NCBI GenBank assembly: GCA_023213395.1
Contig: CM041465.1
Location: 149,861,741-149,925,740 of the forward strand
Source: Cycas panzhihuaensis
Taxonomy: Eukaryota > Plantae > Cycadophyta
Direction: 5' to 3'
DNA: 64,000 nt
Below are positions 13,670-26,800 of this stretch, in pieces (position 1 is the first letter of the stretch; each line of letters begins with the position of its first letter). The notes under the pieces were generated by a model. The model ran no database searches. It was not told the DNA's origin and worked only from the letters and a program-made list of their open reading frames with translations. A program made the translations under genes and the position numbers.

Positions 13670-16600
13670 GTTATGATGCAACTCTTTTCCAAATCACTTC
13701 AAAGGGGCACCTTGAAGTGGTTCAAGTATCTTCCCTTCGCTTATATCTTCTCCTTCTAATAATTGGTGGATTTCTTCATTAATTATTTTGATGTTATAAA
13801 ATCAAACAAAACCATGATAAGACTTTAAGAGATTTTATAAGGAGGTTTCAAGACCAAGTCCATGCTTGTCACTTATATTTGGACTCTAATCATATTTTTT
13901 ATCCTTTTACCAATGCTTTTAGGCCTTATGTCCATTTGGAAATTCTCAAACTTGACCATAAAACTTACAAAGAAGTTGTTGATAGATTTCTTACTCTAGA
14001 AACATTTAAAATCTAAGCAGGCATCAAGAAAGTTGGTAAGTTGATTCCACTTAAAGAATTGAACCAAACACCAAAACCCTCTCATTTAGAGCCAACTCAT
14101 GGCCACCTTATGTCATCTATTTGATCATTGGAGCATGTTATCAATATTAAATTACGCATTAATTATTTTACTCCTAACCCTCCAAATTAGGAGGAAAAAT
14201 CAATCCATCTCACTAAGGGAAAGAAGCAAAAAAACCCACCCATCCCTTCTCCTCTAGTAAGGAAAGCTCAATGGTGCTTTTACCATCAAATGGATAACCA
14301 TGGTAGGAGTTAATATTGCATTATTTAGATGATGAGTTGTAGACCTCAATTACAAGAGAATAAAATATTTAAACCTAACTAAGACCAACTAGTTCATAAA
14401 GACCCATTACCATAACATGAGATAAAGAAAGATAAGGATAGAGGTAAAGGTAAAGCCAAGTAACTAGAAAATGGTGAAGATGGGGATTTGAAAGTTGACC
14501 AAGGTAAAAATTCAAACATAATATCCCTTCCCATAGGGAAATGGCTAAGTAACCAAACTTATCTACCTCTTAAAGGTGGGGAAGCCAAGAGGGCCGTCAA
14601 TATGGGTGAGGTGATAAAGAATTCATGGCTGACCAAATCATCCAATGATTTGTCCATAAAAAAGCCTATATCTTTGCCTCTTATTTCGCCTTGTCTTATT
14701 AGGTTATGATATATTCCTTCTACTTTAAAGAATAGGTCCTTCTCTTTAGTTGAAGAGTTAAAAATGATTACCATAAGGATATTAATAATAAATCTATTAA
14801 AATATTACCTCGAGCAAAGACAACTATTATTTGATGCTTTAAGAGTTCCTACTGCTACTACTTCATCTACTTACACTCTCTCTTTTGACTTGGATACTTT
14901 GTTGACCTAGTCCAAATATGCTCCCAATGATATACCCCCTTTTTATATCAAAATTTCCAAATATAATATAAACATCTATCAAGTCATCATTGATGAAGGC
15001 TTGTCCATAAATGTGATCCCTCTTTATCTATTAGAAGACCTAGAGATTTTTATCTTTTACCTATATGAATGTATATACCAAGGATATGATAAAAATAAAA
15101 AAATTCCTTTTAGACAAGTTACCCTACCTTTGATATTAGAAGGAAAGATAGTTTCAATTGATTTAACCATTATTAATCTTGATCTCTAATATAACATTCT
15201 TTTAGGTACACCTTGGATTACACAAATGTCTACTATTTGTTTCTCCCTCTTTGGTGAACTTCAGTTCATCCATGAAGGTGAGTTAAAAATTGTTAAAACA
15301 CAAGCCAAAACTAATTAAACAACTAGTCCTTTTAATTGAAATTATTGTAGAACCTGATAAATCTTCTAATGCTTTTGTGTATTTCTTTTGGTCCGTAGGT
15401 TTGAGACAATACTTTTCCATTGAGACCCCTACTTTCCCTGAAGTAAAAGTAAAGGATGTTAATTTATTTGAACAATTCCTTTTGTATTAAGTTCTTCTTC
15501 CTCATCCAATCACATGGAGGTTGTTTAATGGCTTTATGCTCATTTTCCATTCTTCCTATTCTAAAAGAAGAATCACATGATGACAATCACTCTTATGGTG
15601 AATCTTCTTTATCGTATGAAATTATTCCCATCCCTTCACTCATAAATTAATAACATTTCTCATGGGTATTATGCCTTGCTATGGCTAGAGGTGTTTCTAT
15701 TAATGCCATAGTGACTACTCATTTATATGGACACATGATTCTATCTCCTAATATTATATATGTTTCTAGTAGGGCTTCTTTCCTTTAATCCAATTTCTTT
15801 GTTACTTGACTTAATAGATATGAAAGAAAGCTTTTGTTGCATAGGCACCTTAATTTGGTATCTGAAGGTAAGTCTTCTTTAACCTCTTCTTTACCTAAAT
15901 CAAATTGAGCATTGCCTAGGAGGGTCTAAGAAGTTAATATGATTTTGATCATTTCTCTTCCCTCTCATGACTTTTCTTAAAATCCTCCATCGCCTCTTAT
16001 TTAGATAACTCCTCCTAGCTATGATCCTTTAGTTGGTCAAACTTGTTTTAGCTAAATATTCACTTTGACTTGGGATTTCAGAGATCAACTTATTCCTTTC
16101 ATCCTCCTCAATTATTGACTTCCTCCTAAACCATGACCATCCATCTTTCAATACTCCTCCTTTTATGAGGTATTTACGTTATCACTTTACCAAGTCAAAA
16201 AATTCTATAAGTGTCATTCTTTATCACTTGGATTATTTTTAAAATGATGAAGCAATTCTATAGAACATGGCTAGATCTACATCTAGTCTTCCTCCTCACC
16301 ATCATAAATTGGGTTTCATAAAATAAATATATCTAGATTCACCATTATCTAGTCCCTATTAATTTTTAGAACCAATTACTTCATTGGTGGAACTTGCCCC
16401 TCCTTATATTGAGGAAGGGAATGGTATGCTCATGGGGGATACTATTGACATTGATTTAGAGCTAAATGAGACTCCAAAAATAATAAAAGTTGAAGCTAAT
16501 TAATTCCTTAAAGAGATCTCTTAATTCAAGAGTCATTTTTATGAATTCAGTTCAATTTTTGCATGGGATTACAGTGATATGTATGGTCTTCATTCATATA

Positions 16601-18195
16601 TCATTATCCATAATATCACCACCATCACTAGTATTGAACCAAAATTCTAAAAGAAGAGGCTTATACATCCTCACTTGTCAACTGCAATTAAATAAGAAGT
16701 TAAGAAGCTTTTGAAGGCTATATTCATTAAAAGAATCAATTATTCTCAATGGGTTTCAAGCATAGTCCTTATAGCTAAGATGAACAGATCAATCTGGATA
16801 TGTCTTGACTTCCATGATATTAATGATGCTTATCCTAAAGACAAATTTTCCCTCCCTTTCTTTGAACAAATTTAGGATCAAACTGTAGGTTTTGAGGTTA
16901 TGTCCTTTATGGATAGTTTTTTGGGCTATAATCAAATTATTATTTCTCTTGAGGTTTTCCTTAAGATGACTTTTACTACTCCTTGGGGAACTTTTATCTA
17001 TAAAGTTATGCCTTTCAATTTGAAAAATGCTAGAGCCACGTATTAGTGGGATATGATATTTATCTTTTATGATTTAATTGGTAATATAATAATAGTATAT
17101 TTAGATAATATACTTACCCTTTCTTAATGATGATAAGATCATATATGAGATTGAAGTACTATCTTTGAAAGATGCTATAAGTATTATCTTTATTTGAAAC
17201 TGACCAAATGTGTCTCTGTAGTTACATCAGGTAAGATGTTAGGAAACATAGTTTCTCATGATAGAATTAGGGTTGACCTAGACAAGATCAAAGCCATCAT
17301 TTAAATGCACCCTCCTCAAATGCAAAATAAAATGAAATCTTTTTTAGGAAAAACTTGGTTTCCTTTAGTGTTTCATTGCTAGCTTTGCTTTGGATGCCAA
17401 ACCCCTCATAAATCTATTAAAGAAAGAAGCTTGCTTTACTTGGACTCCTCATGTATAAGAGTCATTTGACAAGTTAAAATAAATGTTAGTCTTCGTCCTA
17501 TCCTTACCCCTCCTATGTTTAATAAGCCCTTCGTTTTGTACACCTCCTCTACTGAGGAGTCTCTAATTAGTATGTTGGCTTAGAAGGGTGATTTTGGTAG
17601 GGAGTGGGCCATCTATTTCAATATTAGAACATTAATTGCAACATAACTCCACTACCTCTCCATTGGAAAAGAATATCTCTCTTTAGTTTTTCCCACTAGA
17701 AAATTGTGCTATTATCTCTTAGGCAATACCACCATCCTTATTATTCAATTAGATCCCATTAGGTACCTACTTACTAAGATAAATATTACGGGTCATTTGG
17801 GTAAATAGGCACTCCTATTATAAGAATTTGATTTTTAGATAGTTAATAAAAAATCTAAAAAGGAACAGATTATCGTTGAGATGATAGTCAATGCACCATT
17901 ACTAAATCCTATTAATCAAATTGTAGATGATAGGTTCCTTGACGAGTATGTTCTCTAAATGGAGGTTGTTCCTTTGGAAGATTTATGATATAAGAAAATC
18001 AAATCCTATTTACATGACCAAGCCCTTCCTTCTTTGAAGAAGAAGAAGAAGAGGAGAATTCAAACTATTACTTACTAGTATCTATTGCTTAATGACACTC
18101 TATAAACATTCATTTAATGGAGTCTTATTAAGATGCCTTTCTCCTAAAGAAGCTAATACCACATTAGTAGAGTGTTAGAATGTCATGATGGAATT
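13670..18195 (+). mobile_element. Element B: truncated, degenerate Tat-clade Gypsy gag-PR-RT-RH-(start of INT)
   Basis: Gag LMQLFSKSLQ..LKWFKYLP (homologous to 63260 onward). PR IIDEGLSINVIP at about 14985. RT ICLDFHDINDAYPKDKFSLP..MSFMDSFLGYNQI..TFTTPWGTFIYKVMPFNLKNARATY..VYLDN. RH 17520-17880. INT Zn-finger start ECHDG at about 18180. Many stops. Confidence 0.9.
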
Positions 18196-18656
18196 TTTAA
18201 CTATAATTGATAATTATGCACTTACTCTATTTATTGATAAGGTTCAACATATAAATACATGCATTAAATTCTATTTTGAAACTCAATTCTTTAGTTATTA
18301 AGTAAAATTTTTAATATGCTTCTTATTGAGTTCAAGTTATAGGCAACTAAATGTTGATCATAGGCTTAAATAGTACATGAAGAAGGACATATCTCACATA
18401 TAAGCTTATTGAGGAAAGAAGATAAAGATATGTGATATGTAGGTAGACATTTCTCACATGCAGACTGAAAAAGTGATGCAAGTTAACAAAGAAGTCTTTA
18501 AAGGTAAATAAATATTAAAGATCTCTATTTTATATCCTCCTTTATTAATGAATTAATTGTTGATGATTATAGTGAAATAATCTCTACTTATATTATGTGT
18601 TAGAATATTGGGCAAGTTACTATGATCTCTACTGAAGCAATCTCTATTGAAACCAT

Positions 18657-20589
18657 TGCTAAAACTTTTATATCCTAAGCATTAAGTCTTAAGCATGTAT
18701 ATTTATATTTTGACACTTTATGCTTTATACTAAAGTGCTCATTTATTTTATTTTTAAATTGTCACATTATCCTTTTTATCTTTTGTGTCTTTTCCATATG
18801 TGTTAAGTGGAAAAGTCAATTTTGGATGGCTAACACTTGTCACCATCATCGCACACTTAGGAAGTAGAGTTTCACTTAACTTTGTCTTCTTCTTTTAGTT
18901 TGTGACGTGTTATAATCATATACATTTAAACTCCTTTATAAGGAATAATACTTTCCTTGTATAATATGTAGTTTTCCAAGCTAATGTTATACTTCTAAAG
19001 TTACTCTAATAGATTAAGTGATAAATCACTTCTCCTCCCTATTCTTTATTATATTATGTAGCTCATGCTTGTTTTGTCAAGTTGTTAATCAATATTTCAT
19101 CTTTATATATTCATGAGTTTTCCTCTCTATCTCCTTAAATAGATCCTATTATACATTTTCTTTCTTACATTTTGGTATCAGAGTAGTGAGAAGCTCCAAA
19201 AGTAGAGATATAAAGATTCATATAGTTTTGCAGTGAGAAATAATAAAGAGCCATAACAAATATTTTGTATATATTTTATCTCCATAACAAAGCTACTAAT
19301 AACAAATCTTCTTTATAGAATCTTGTACCTTAAAAATAAAAAGGCTAATATTCTCATAATAATGTAACTAAGATCTCCTTCTATTGATTCCACCATTTTC
19401 AAACAACTAGTGGGTAGTCTTATTTACTTGACTAACACTAGACCTGACATATTATATGCTATTGGAATTTATTTCAAATTTATGATATAACCTAATCAAT
19501 GACACTAGAATACTGTAAAGAGGATTCTTAGATACCTCAAAGGTACATTATAATATAGTCTCTAGTATACTTAGAATGAGAACTAGATGTTAGAAGGGTT
19601 CTCATATTTTAATTGGGCAAGATGCCATAATAGCCACAAATCAACCTCAGGTTATTATTTCAACCTTAGGTCTGCAATTATTTTATGGAGTTATAAAAAA
19701 ACACCAAGTATCACACTTTCCTCCACTAAAGTAGAATACAAAGTTGTTATCAGCATAAGATATGAGATTATTTGACTTAGATAGATTCTTAGTGAGCTTG
19801 GCCTTCAGTAATCACTACCAACTCCATTATATTGTAATGATCAGAGTGTGCTTAAGATGGCTAAGTATCCTATATTTCATGCATGAACCAAGCACGTTGA
19901 GGTTCGTCATTATTTTATTAAAAAATATGTATGGCAAAGTGAAATTAACCTCATCTATAAGATGATGAATTAACAACTTGTTGACATCTTCACCGAACCA
20001 CTTGGTAGAGAGAAGTTTAAGCACTTTAGAGATAACATCAACATTTGACTTAGTGTTGTATATACTTAAGGGGGTGTTAAAACCTTCATATCCCAAGCAT
20101 TAAGTTTTGACCATGTATATTTATATTTTAGAACTTTATGCTTTATGCTAAAGTGCTCCTTTTTTTTATTTTTAAATTATCATATTATCCTTTTTATCTT
20201 TTATGCTTTTTCCACATGTGCTAAGTGAAAAAGTTAACTTTAGATGGTTAACACTTGTCACCATCCTCACACACTTAGGAAGTAGTGTTTTACTCAACTT
20301 TATCTTCTTCTCTTGATCTATGATATGGGTCACAATCATGTATACTTAAACTTCATTATAAGGAGTGATGCTTTCCTTGTATAATATGAAGTTTTCTAAA
20401 CTAGTGTTATGCCACTACAGTTACTCTGATAAGATGAGTGGTAGATCAATTCTCCTCCCTATTCCTTATTATATTATATATCTCATGCTTGCTTTATCAA
20501 GTTGTTAATCAATCTTTCATCTTTATATATTCATGAGTTATCCTCTCTATCTCCTCAAATAGATCCTGTTATGCATTTTCTTTCTTACA
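18657..20589 (+). mobile_element. Element C: 1.9-kb non-autonomous Ty1/Copia retaining only the RT C-terminus and RNase H remnant
   Basis: LTRs 18657-19169 and 20075-20589 (TG..CA). PBS TGGTATCAGAG 19173-19183. PPT AAGGGGG before 20075. Perfect TSD ACCAT. Internal QLVGSLIYLTNTRPDI..STSGY..TKHVEVRHYF. Confidence 0.93.
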
Positions 20590-23500
20590 ACCATTGAGAT
20601 AAAATAGAGATAAAACATATTAAAATTGAGATTAAATATTGTATTCTTTAAACCTTAAAAAAATCTTATATTAAAATAAGAATATTCTTTAAATAATATT
20701 CTAATTTTTATAATATATATATAATTATAAAATTATATAATTTTTATTTTACTATTCAATGTTAGGCAACTCCTACGATAACCTATGACCTACAAACGAT
20801 GCAAGAAGGCAATAAAAATATAGAGAAAGAGTCTGAGATGCTTTACACTAGATCAAAGATGTGTTGGGTAGATATAAGAAGTAGACATCTAACATGTATA
20901 TATAAAGAAACCCACCAATGTAGAGCTAACACATTTAATGTAAAAATACAAAGAAATAAACACCCAATGCATTAAAACAATGGACATAGAGCTCATAGAA
21001 TGCCAACATAAGAATGCCCACATGCTTGAGATAAATCAACATTGAGATGTCAACATGAATAGCTAATAATAAGCCTCACATCAGAGTCATTGAATACCCA
21101 CAGATACCGAGAACATGTTATTATCACATAGTGTAAGGAGATGAAACATATAAATAAAATAAGGAGAAACCTTATAATAAACACATTCAATACCTAGAGA
21201 AATCAAAGTTGTAAAGAGCTCATAGAGAAAAGCTTGAATAGAGCTCAAAAACATGGACAAGAAAAGATTTATGCCTACTTTCAATACAAAGAGATACCAA
21301 AGAGAGCTATTAAGAAGGAGAAAGGGTCATAAGCATTCTAAAAGTGCCATAGATATATTCTATAAGTTGTGGGCTTAATTCAAAGAATATATATGGCATC
21401 TCAATGTTGTAGACAACATTATATACACTTTAAAATAGAAGTAGGCTCAATTTAAATCACATAAGCATCTCATATATCACCATTTCTCTAGGATCAACTG
21501 ATTATGTACAAAAGAACCAAGCATAAGATACCTACAAACTCTCAAAGGTTGCATACCTATAGTGAAGACACCATGCCCCACATATGACTATGAAATGTGA
21601 GATAAGAGATGAGAAAACACTCTATAGATCATTATAAAGGCTAAATTGAGAAAATTTTAAATGAATAAAGTTAAAAAAAGAGATAGACTAGGCTAAATGC
21701 ATAGCTAAGGAAGAAGATGATTATTTTTGTATGCCTATTATTACAAGATGCCATGAAATTGCTTAGTATAACCTATCAAATTGATCATTATCAACCTAAC
21801 TATGCAATGGTAAAAGAAGTTTAACAAAAAATGGCTTCCTATAATAGATGTAATTGATTTTATAGAGGGTCCATTTACCACCACATATGCTTAGAGTATT
21901 CTTAAATTAACTTTGGTTTAAAAATTATCAAACTTTTTATAAAGTTTAGTGATATTAAATTAGATTATAATATAATTTAAAGTCTATCCCTTGCCTACTA
22001 ATCCTTAGTCACATGCTTATTTAGATGTCAAAGCCTTTTTTAGACCATGAAAAGTCTATTTTTTAAAAATAAAAATATCAGTGGTACTTTTTTTAGAGCT
22101 TTGATTTAACAACCATCACATGTTATATTTGAAGAGAAAATGTAATCACAAAAGTAATGTATTAATAAAACTCTAAACTATGCAAAGAACAAATAACATA
22201 AATATACTAATCACATAATAAAAAACACCAGGAGATTCTAGACTAAGCATAGACCCTTTATTAATCTGAGCAATAACCAAAGAATTACAGAGATGAAAAC
22301 CCTAACTTTCTCATTAACTCATCAAAGACTTATCCAACTTTCATACATATGTTGTTATAAAAGAATATATAGACATAACTTTATAAGATATTACCTTCTA
22401 GTTTGACAATATAATAGGAATAAACCATAGGCTAGAAAAGACCCCCATAAAAAACCTAAAATTGAACCCTCACCTTGGGGGCTATTGTCCCCCTATAACC
22501 CCTAATCGGGGCCCTACAATGGGTCCCCATACCCTACTAAGGGATTCAGGTGTGATGCCTATACCTATGTAACACTTGCAAAGTATTTAATATATCCAAT
22601 AATTTCCTACTTATTAAACACTTTACAAGCAACTTACATACACAACTACTAAATACTAAAATCACAAACAATGATTATCTTTCTACATCATTTAAATTTT
22701 TCTATACTAATAGTCTTAGTCAATTAATGAGTCTATAATACTCTCCTATGTAGTAATCTTATGTAAGTCCACCTTATGGTTTTGAACCATTTCTCTTACA
22801 AAATATAACTACACATCAATATACTCTGAGTGAGCATAAAATATGAGGTTCTTCACTAAGTAGATTATATTTTGACTATCATAATATATTCTCACAACAT
22901 CCTACTTGAAGTTGACATCTATGCATAATCTCTATAATCAAACCACTTCTCTACATGTATGAGTAACTACTATATACTCTGCTTATATGCCAAAAAGTAC
23001 CATAACTCGTTGTCTTTTACTAGTCCAACTAATTGTACCACCACAAAGGATTAAAACATACTCGCTTATAGATCTTCTACTATGAAGATCTCCTACATAA
23101 TCAACATCAATAAATCCTTGCAGGTTTATTATTATACTCTCTATGGGATCTCCTTGGCAGCAAATTCCATAGTTTAATGTACCCTTTAGATACCTAAATA
23201 TCCTTTTTATAGCCACGCAATGCTCTTTGCCTAGGTTTAATATATATCTACTAACTACTCCCACTATATGGGTAATGTCTGATCTAGTGCAAATTGTCGC
23301 ATACATAAAACTACAAATTGCACTAACATAAGAGATAAATACCATGTCTTCAACTTCTTGGTGAGTCTTTAGATATTGTTAAACTAATAATTTTAAACCA
23401 ATAGGCAGAGTGACATTAACTAATTTACTATCCTATAAACTAAACCATTCTAGTATTATCTTAATGTACCACTTTTAGTTAAGTTAAATCTTCTTGTTTC

Positions 23501-23850
23501 TCCTATCCCTTTTAATCTCAATGCCTAAAATAAAATGTACAGCACTAAGGTCTTTCATCTCAAAATGAGATGCTAGTTGGCCTTTCATAAGTCTATTAAT
23601 TTCTTTACTATTACTAACTAAAAGTATATTATCAACATATAAAGTTAGAATAATAAAGTAATACCAACCTATTTATAATAAACACAATGATCTACTTTGT
23701 TGTACACAAAACCATATGTCAATATATACAAGTAGAACTTCTGATACCAAATCCTTAGTGACTATTTCAAGTCATATAATGATTTCTTTAACCTACACAT
23801 CATATTATCCTTCCTTGTAACTTTAAAAACTTTAGGTTACAATATGTAAA

Positions 23851-26800
23851 TGTTAGGGATCCAACCCCTAACTTACCTTCTCTTAAATTCTCTTATATCT
23901 TCTACTTATTCTCTCTCTTATATCTTCTGTTTCTTCTACTTCTTCCCTTTTCTTAATATCCTATATGAAAAAGTAGAAGGTTGTGTAGTGGTCATTGAGC
24001 ACTATATATATTCATGTAATAGCCCACATGTATAAGGAGGAGGTTGTGTAGTAAGCATAGAGCTATATATATATTTATGTAATCCTTAGAGTATGGTATC
24101 TAAAATATCATTATTATTATATGTAATTGAGAGGATGCCCCCTCAAAGGGTATTACAATGTAAGTGCTATTTTAGAGTTATTTATATATTATGTTGGTGT
24201 GTAATTGTTATTAAGGAGTGCTGTCCTACCAGGTGGTATCAGAGCGATCGATCCATATCTTGTGAGACAGTCAAAGGTACTAAATAATTAATTTTTTTCC
24301 ATCAATTTTTTCTCACCAGTACCTATTCTCATTTAATTTTTGCTTAGTTACTTTACTTTTTAGGGATAGATAACACTCCAATCGAGTCTCTACCCTAACA
24401 CTACCATTGGGTAGTTTTCTTTTGCATTTAGATAGAGACCCTATGCTGGAGGTCTATAAATATCATGAGGATATGTTGTTTTAGGCTAAGCATATTATGG
24501 CTTTTCTATCCTTTACGTAAAGGACTGGACATCATACTCCTAAATCATACCTTAGACAGAACTTGGTTATGGAATTGCATCTCCATGTACCTGCAAGTAT
24601 ATAGGAGGACCCCCTAGATAGGACTTCCTAGTATAGGTAACCATAGGAAACCTATTGACCATCTGTAATTTGTAGTGCACCGATAAGCAGTTATCCCTAA
24701 TAAGTTACTCTCCATGTACCCTAGAGGCGGGGTAGTTCAACTATAGAGTAGAGTGTTTGCCTTTATAATTTGATACTATTTATGACCGAGATCAATATAT
24801 CGAAAGACCTACAAGCTAGACAAGCCCATACTTAGTGTACCTAGTCAGTTTATTAGTGGTTTGTGCACACCTAGTTAGTCGTTGAGTTAGTCATCATCAA
24901 TTTGTTAAATCCAATGTGTCTAGCCAATTTGTCATCAACTCATATGCACATAGTCAGTCAGCCAACTGGTGACTGAAAAATAAAAAATAAAAAAAGCAAA
25001 AAATAAAAAGAAAAGAAGTAAAAAAATAAAAACAAAATCAAGAAGCAAAAAGAAAAAAAGAAAAAAAAGTAAAAAAATAAAATTAAAAAAAAGTCTATAT
25101 TGCCTCATTGTAAAACATTGGGGATAATAGTCTATAGACACCCCATCAAATCCTTTCATTCACATTTACCAACTAGGATTCAACTTAGATCTTGTGAATA
25201 AATGGCCCCTAAGATAAACCCAAGTTAGACTCAAGATCTCAATGATGCTGTCACACAACTTTGAGGAGATATATTATAAATCCAAAATGATTTCAATGAA
25301 AATTTTGAAGTAGTAATGCTAGAGCTCACATCCATGAAATCTTTTAAGGAAGAAAAGATTGATTTTGATGATACTACTCATATAGGTGGGGGTCACTTCA
25401 CTAAAGAAGATGAAGATAGTGATGCTAGACGCTTTTGTCCAAACTTCCTTTCTAAGGTAGAAATCAAGAAGTTTAATAGCACCGATGTACAATACTTTTC
25501 TCTTCATCAAGTTCTAGCAGATAAGAAGATCCCTCTTACTTCTCTACACATGGAAACTGAACCCTACCAATGGTACTAATGGGTTATGAAAATAATTTAT
25601 GGGCTTGGTTATCAATGGGAGGGTTTTGTCAAGGATCTTACAACTCAATATGATAGTACCTAGGATCATGACCACTTTAACTAGTTAGTTAAAGTCAGGC
25701 AGGAGGGGATTGTTTTAGCTTATATAACAAAATACTAATATCTCTCCATAATGGTTAATGGTCTTTGTCAAAATAAATTACTTGAGTTGTACATTGGTGG
25801 GTTACGAGATGACATCAGACATGAGTTACGACTCTTAAAACTTGATAACATCTCTACAGCTATCAATTTTGCTTAACATATTGAAGCAACAAATAATACA
25901 TTCTAACCCCTCCAATGAACATTCCCAGAAAAACAACCATAATTTCAGGTTCTTAGTGTATGACAAATGACTTCCAAAGATATGGATGAGAAATGATTGA
26001 AAGGGTTATATTTTTGTTGTAACCAAAAGTAGAATAAAGACCATAAGTGTCCTAAACAATACTTAATCATAATTGAGGATGTCCAAGATGATGAACCAAT
26101 AGAGGAAGCCTTATTAGAGCCAAAAAATAATGATTGTGACCCACCTGAAGAGGAAGAAGAAGATACTATTATTATATCTATGTATACCTTAGCTAGAATT
26201 ATAGCCCCTCAGACACTCAAACTTATTGGGTACATTAAGAAAAGGAAGGTGGTTGTCCTCATAGATTCTAGGAGTACCCACAATTTTATTAATTGAAAAC
26301 TTAAAGAACTCAATTGTTTTCCATATCCTATCAAAATTTTCTAGGTTATAGTGGCTAATGGAGGGACACTTGCTTGTGGGGGAAAATGTCAGAATATCAA
26401 GTTATAAATGGGTGACTATCACCTCTCTACTTCTATGTATACCATTCTCATTAGAGGAGTTGATGTTATATTAGGGGTACAATGGCTCAGACCACTAGGG
26501 ACCATTCAACTAAATATGCAAGAGCTCTTCATCTGATTTACTTCTGAAGGAATTGACTATCAATTGAATGGGATCATTCCTCCTCCAACCTAAATCATTA
26601 GCTCATACCATAAGGAGAGTCTCATTAAAAAGGGTGGTATAGGAATCATTACTATATGTTATGCTCTAGAAGGTCAGGAACTTCTAATAGAAGGGGACAT
26701 TGTCCAAGATGATGGTATACTAAATGACTTAAAATTGGTACTTCACCACCACAACCAAGTCTTTCAGGATATTCCTCAAGGTCTTCCCCTAATATGTGGC

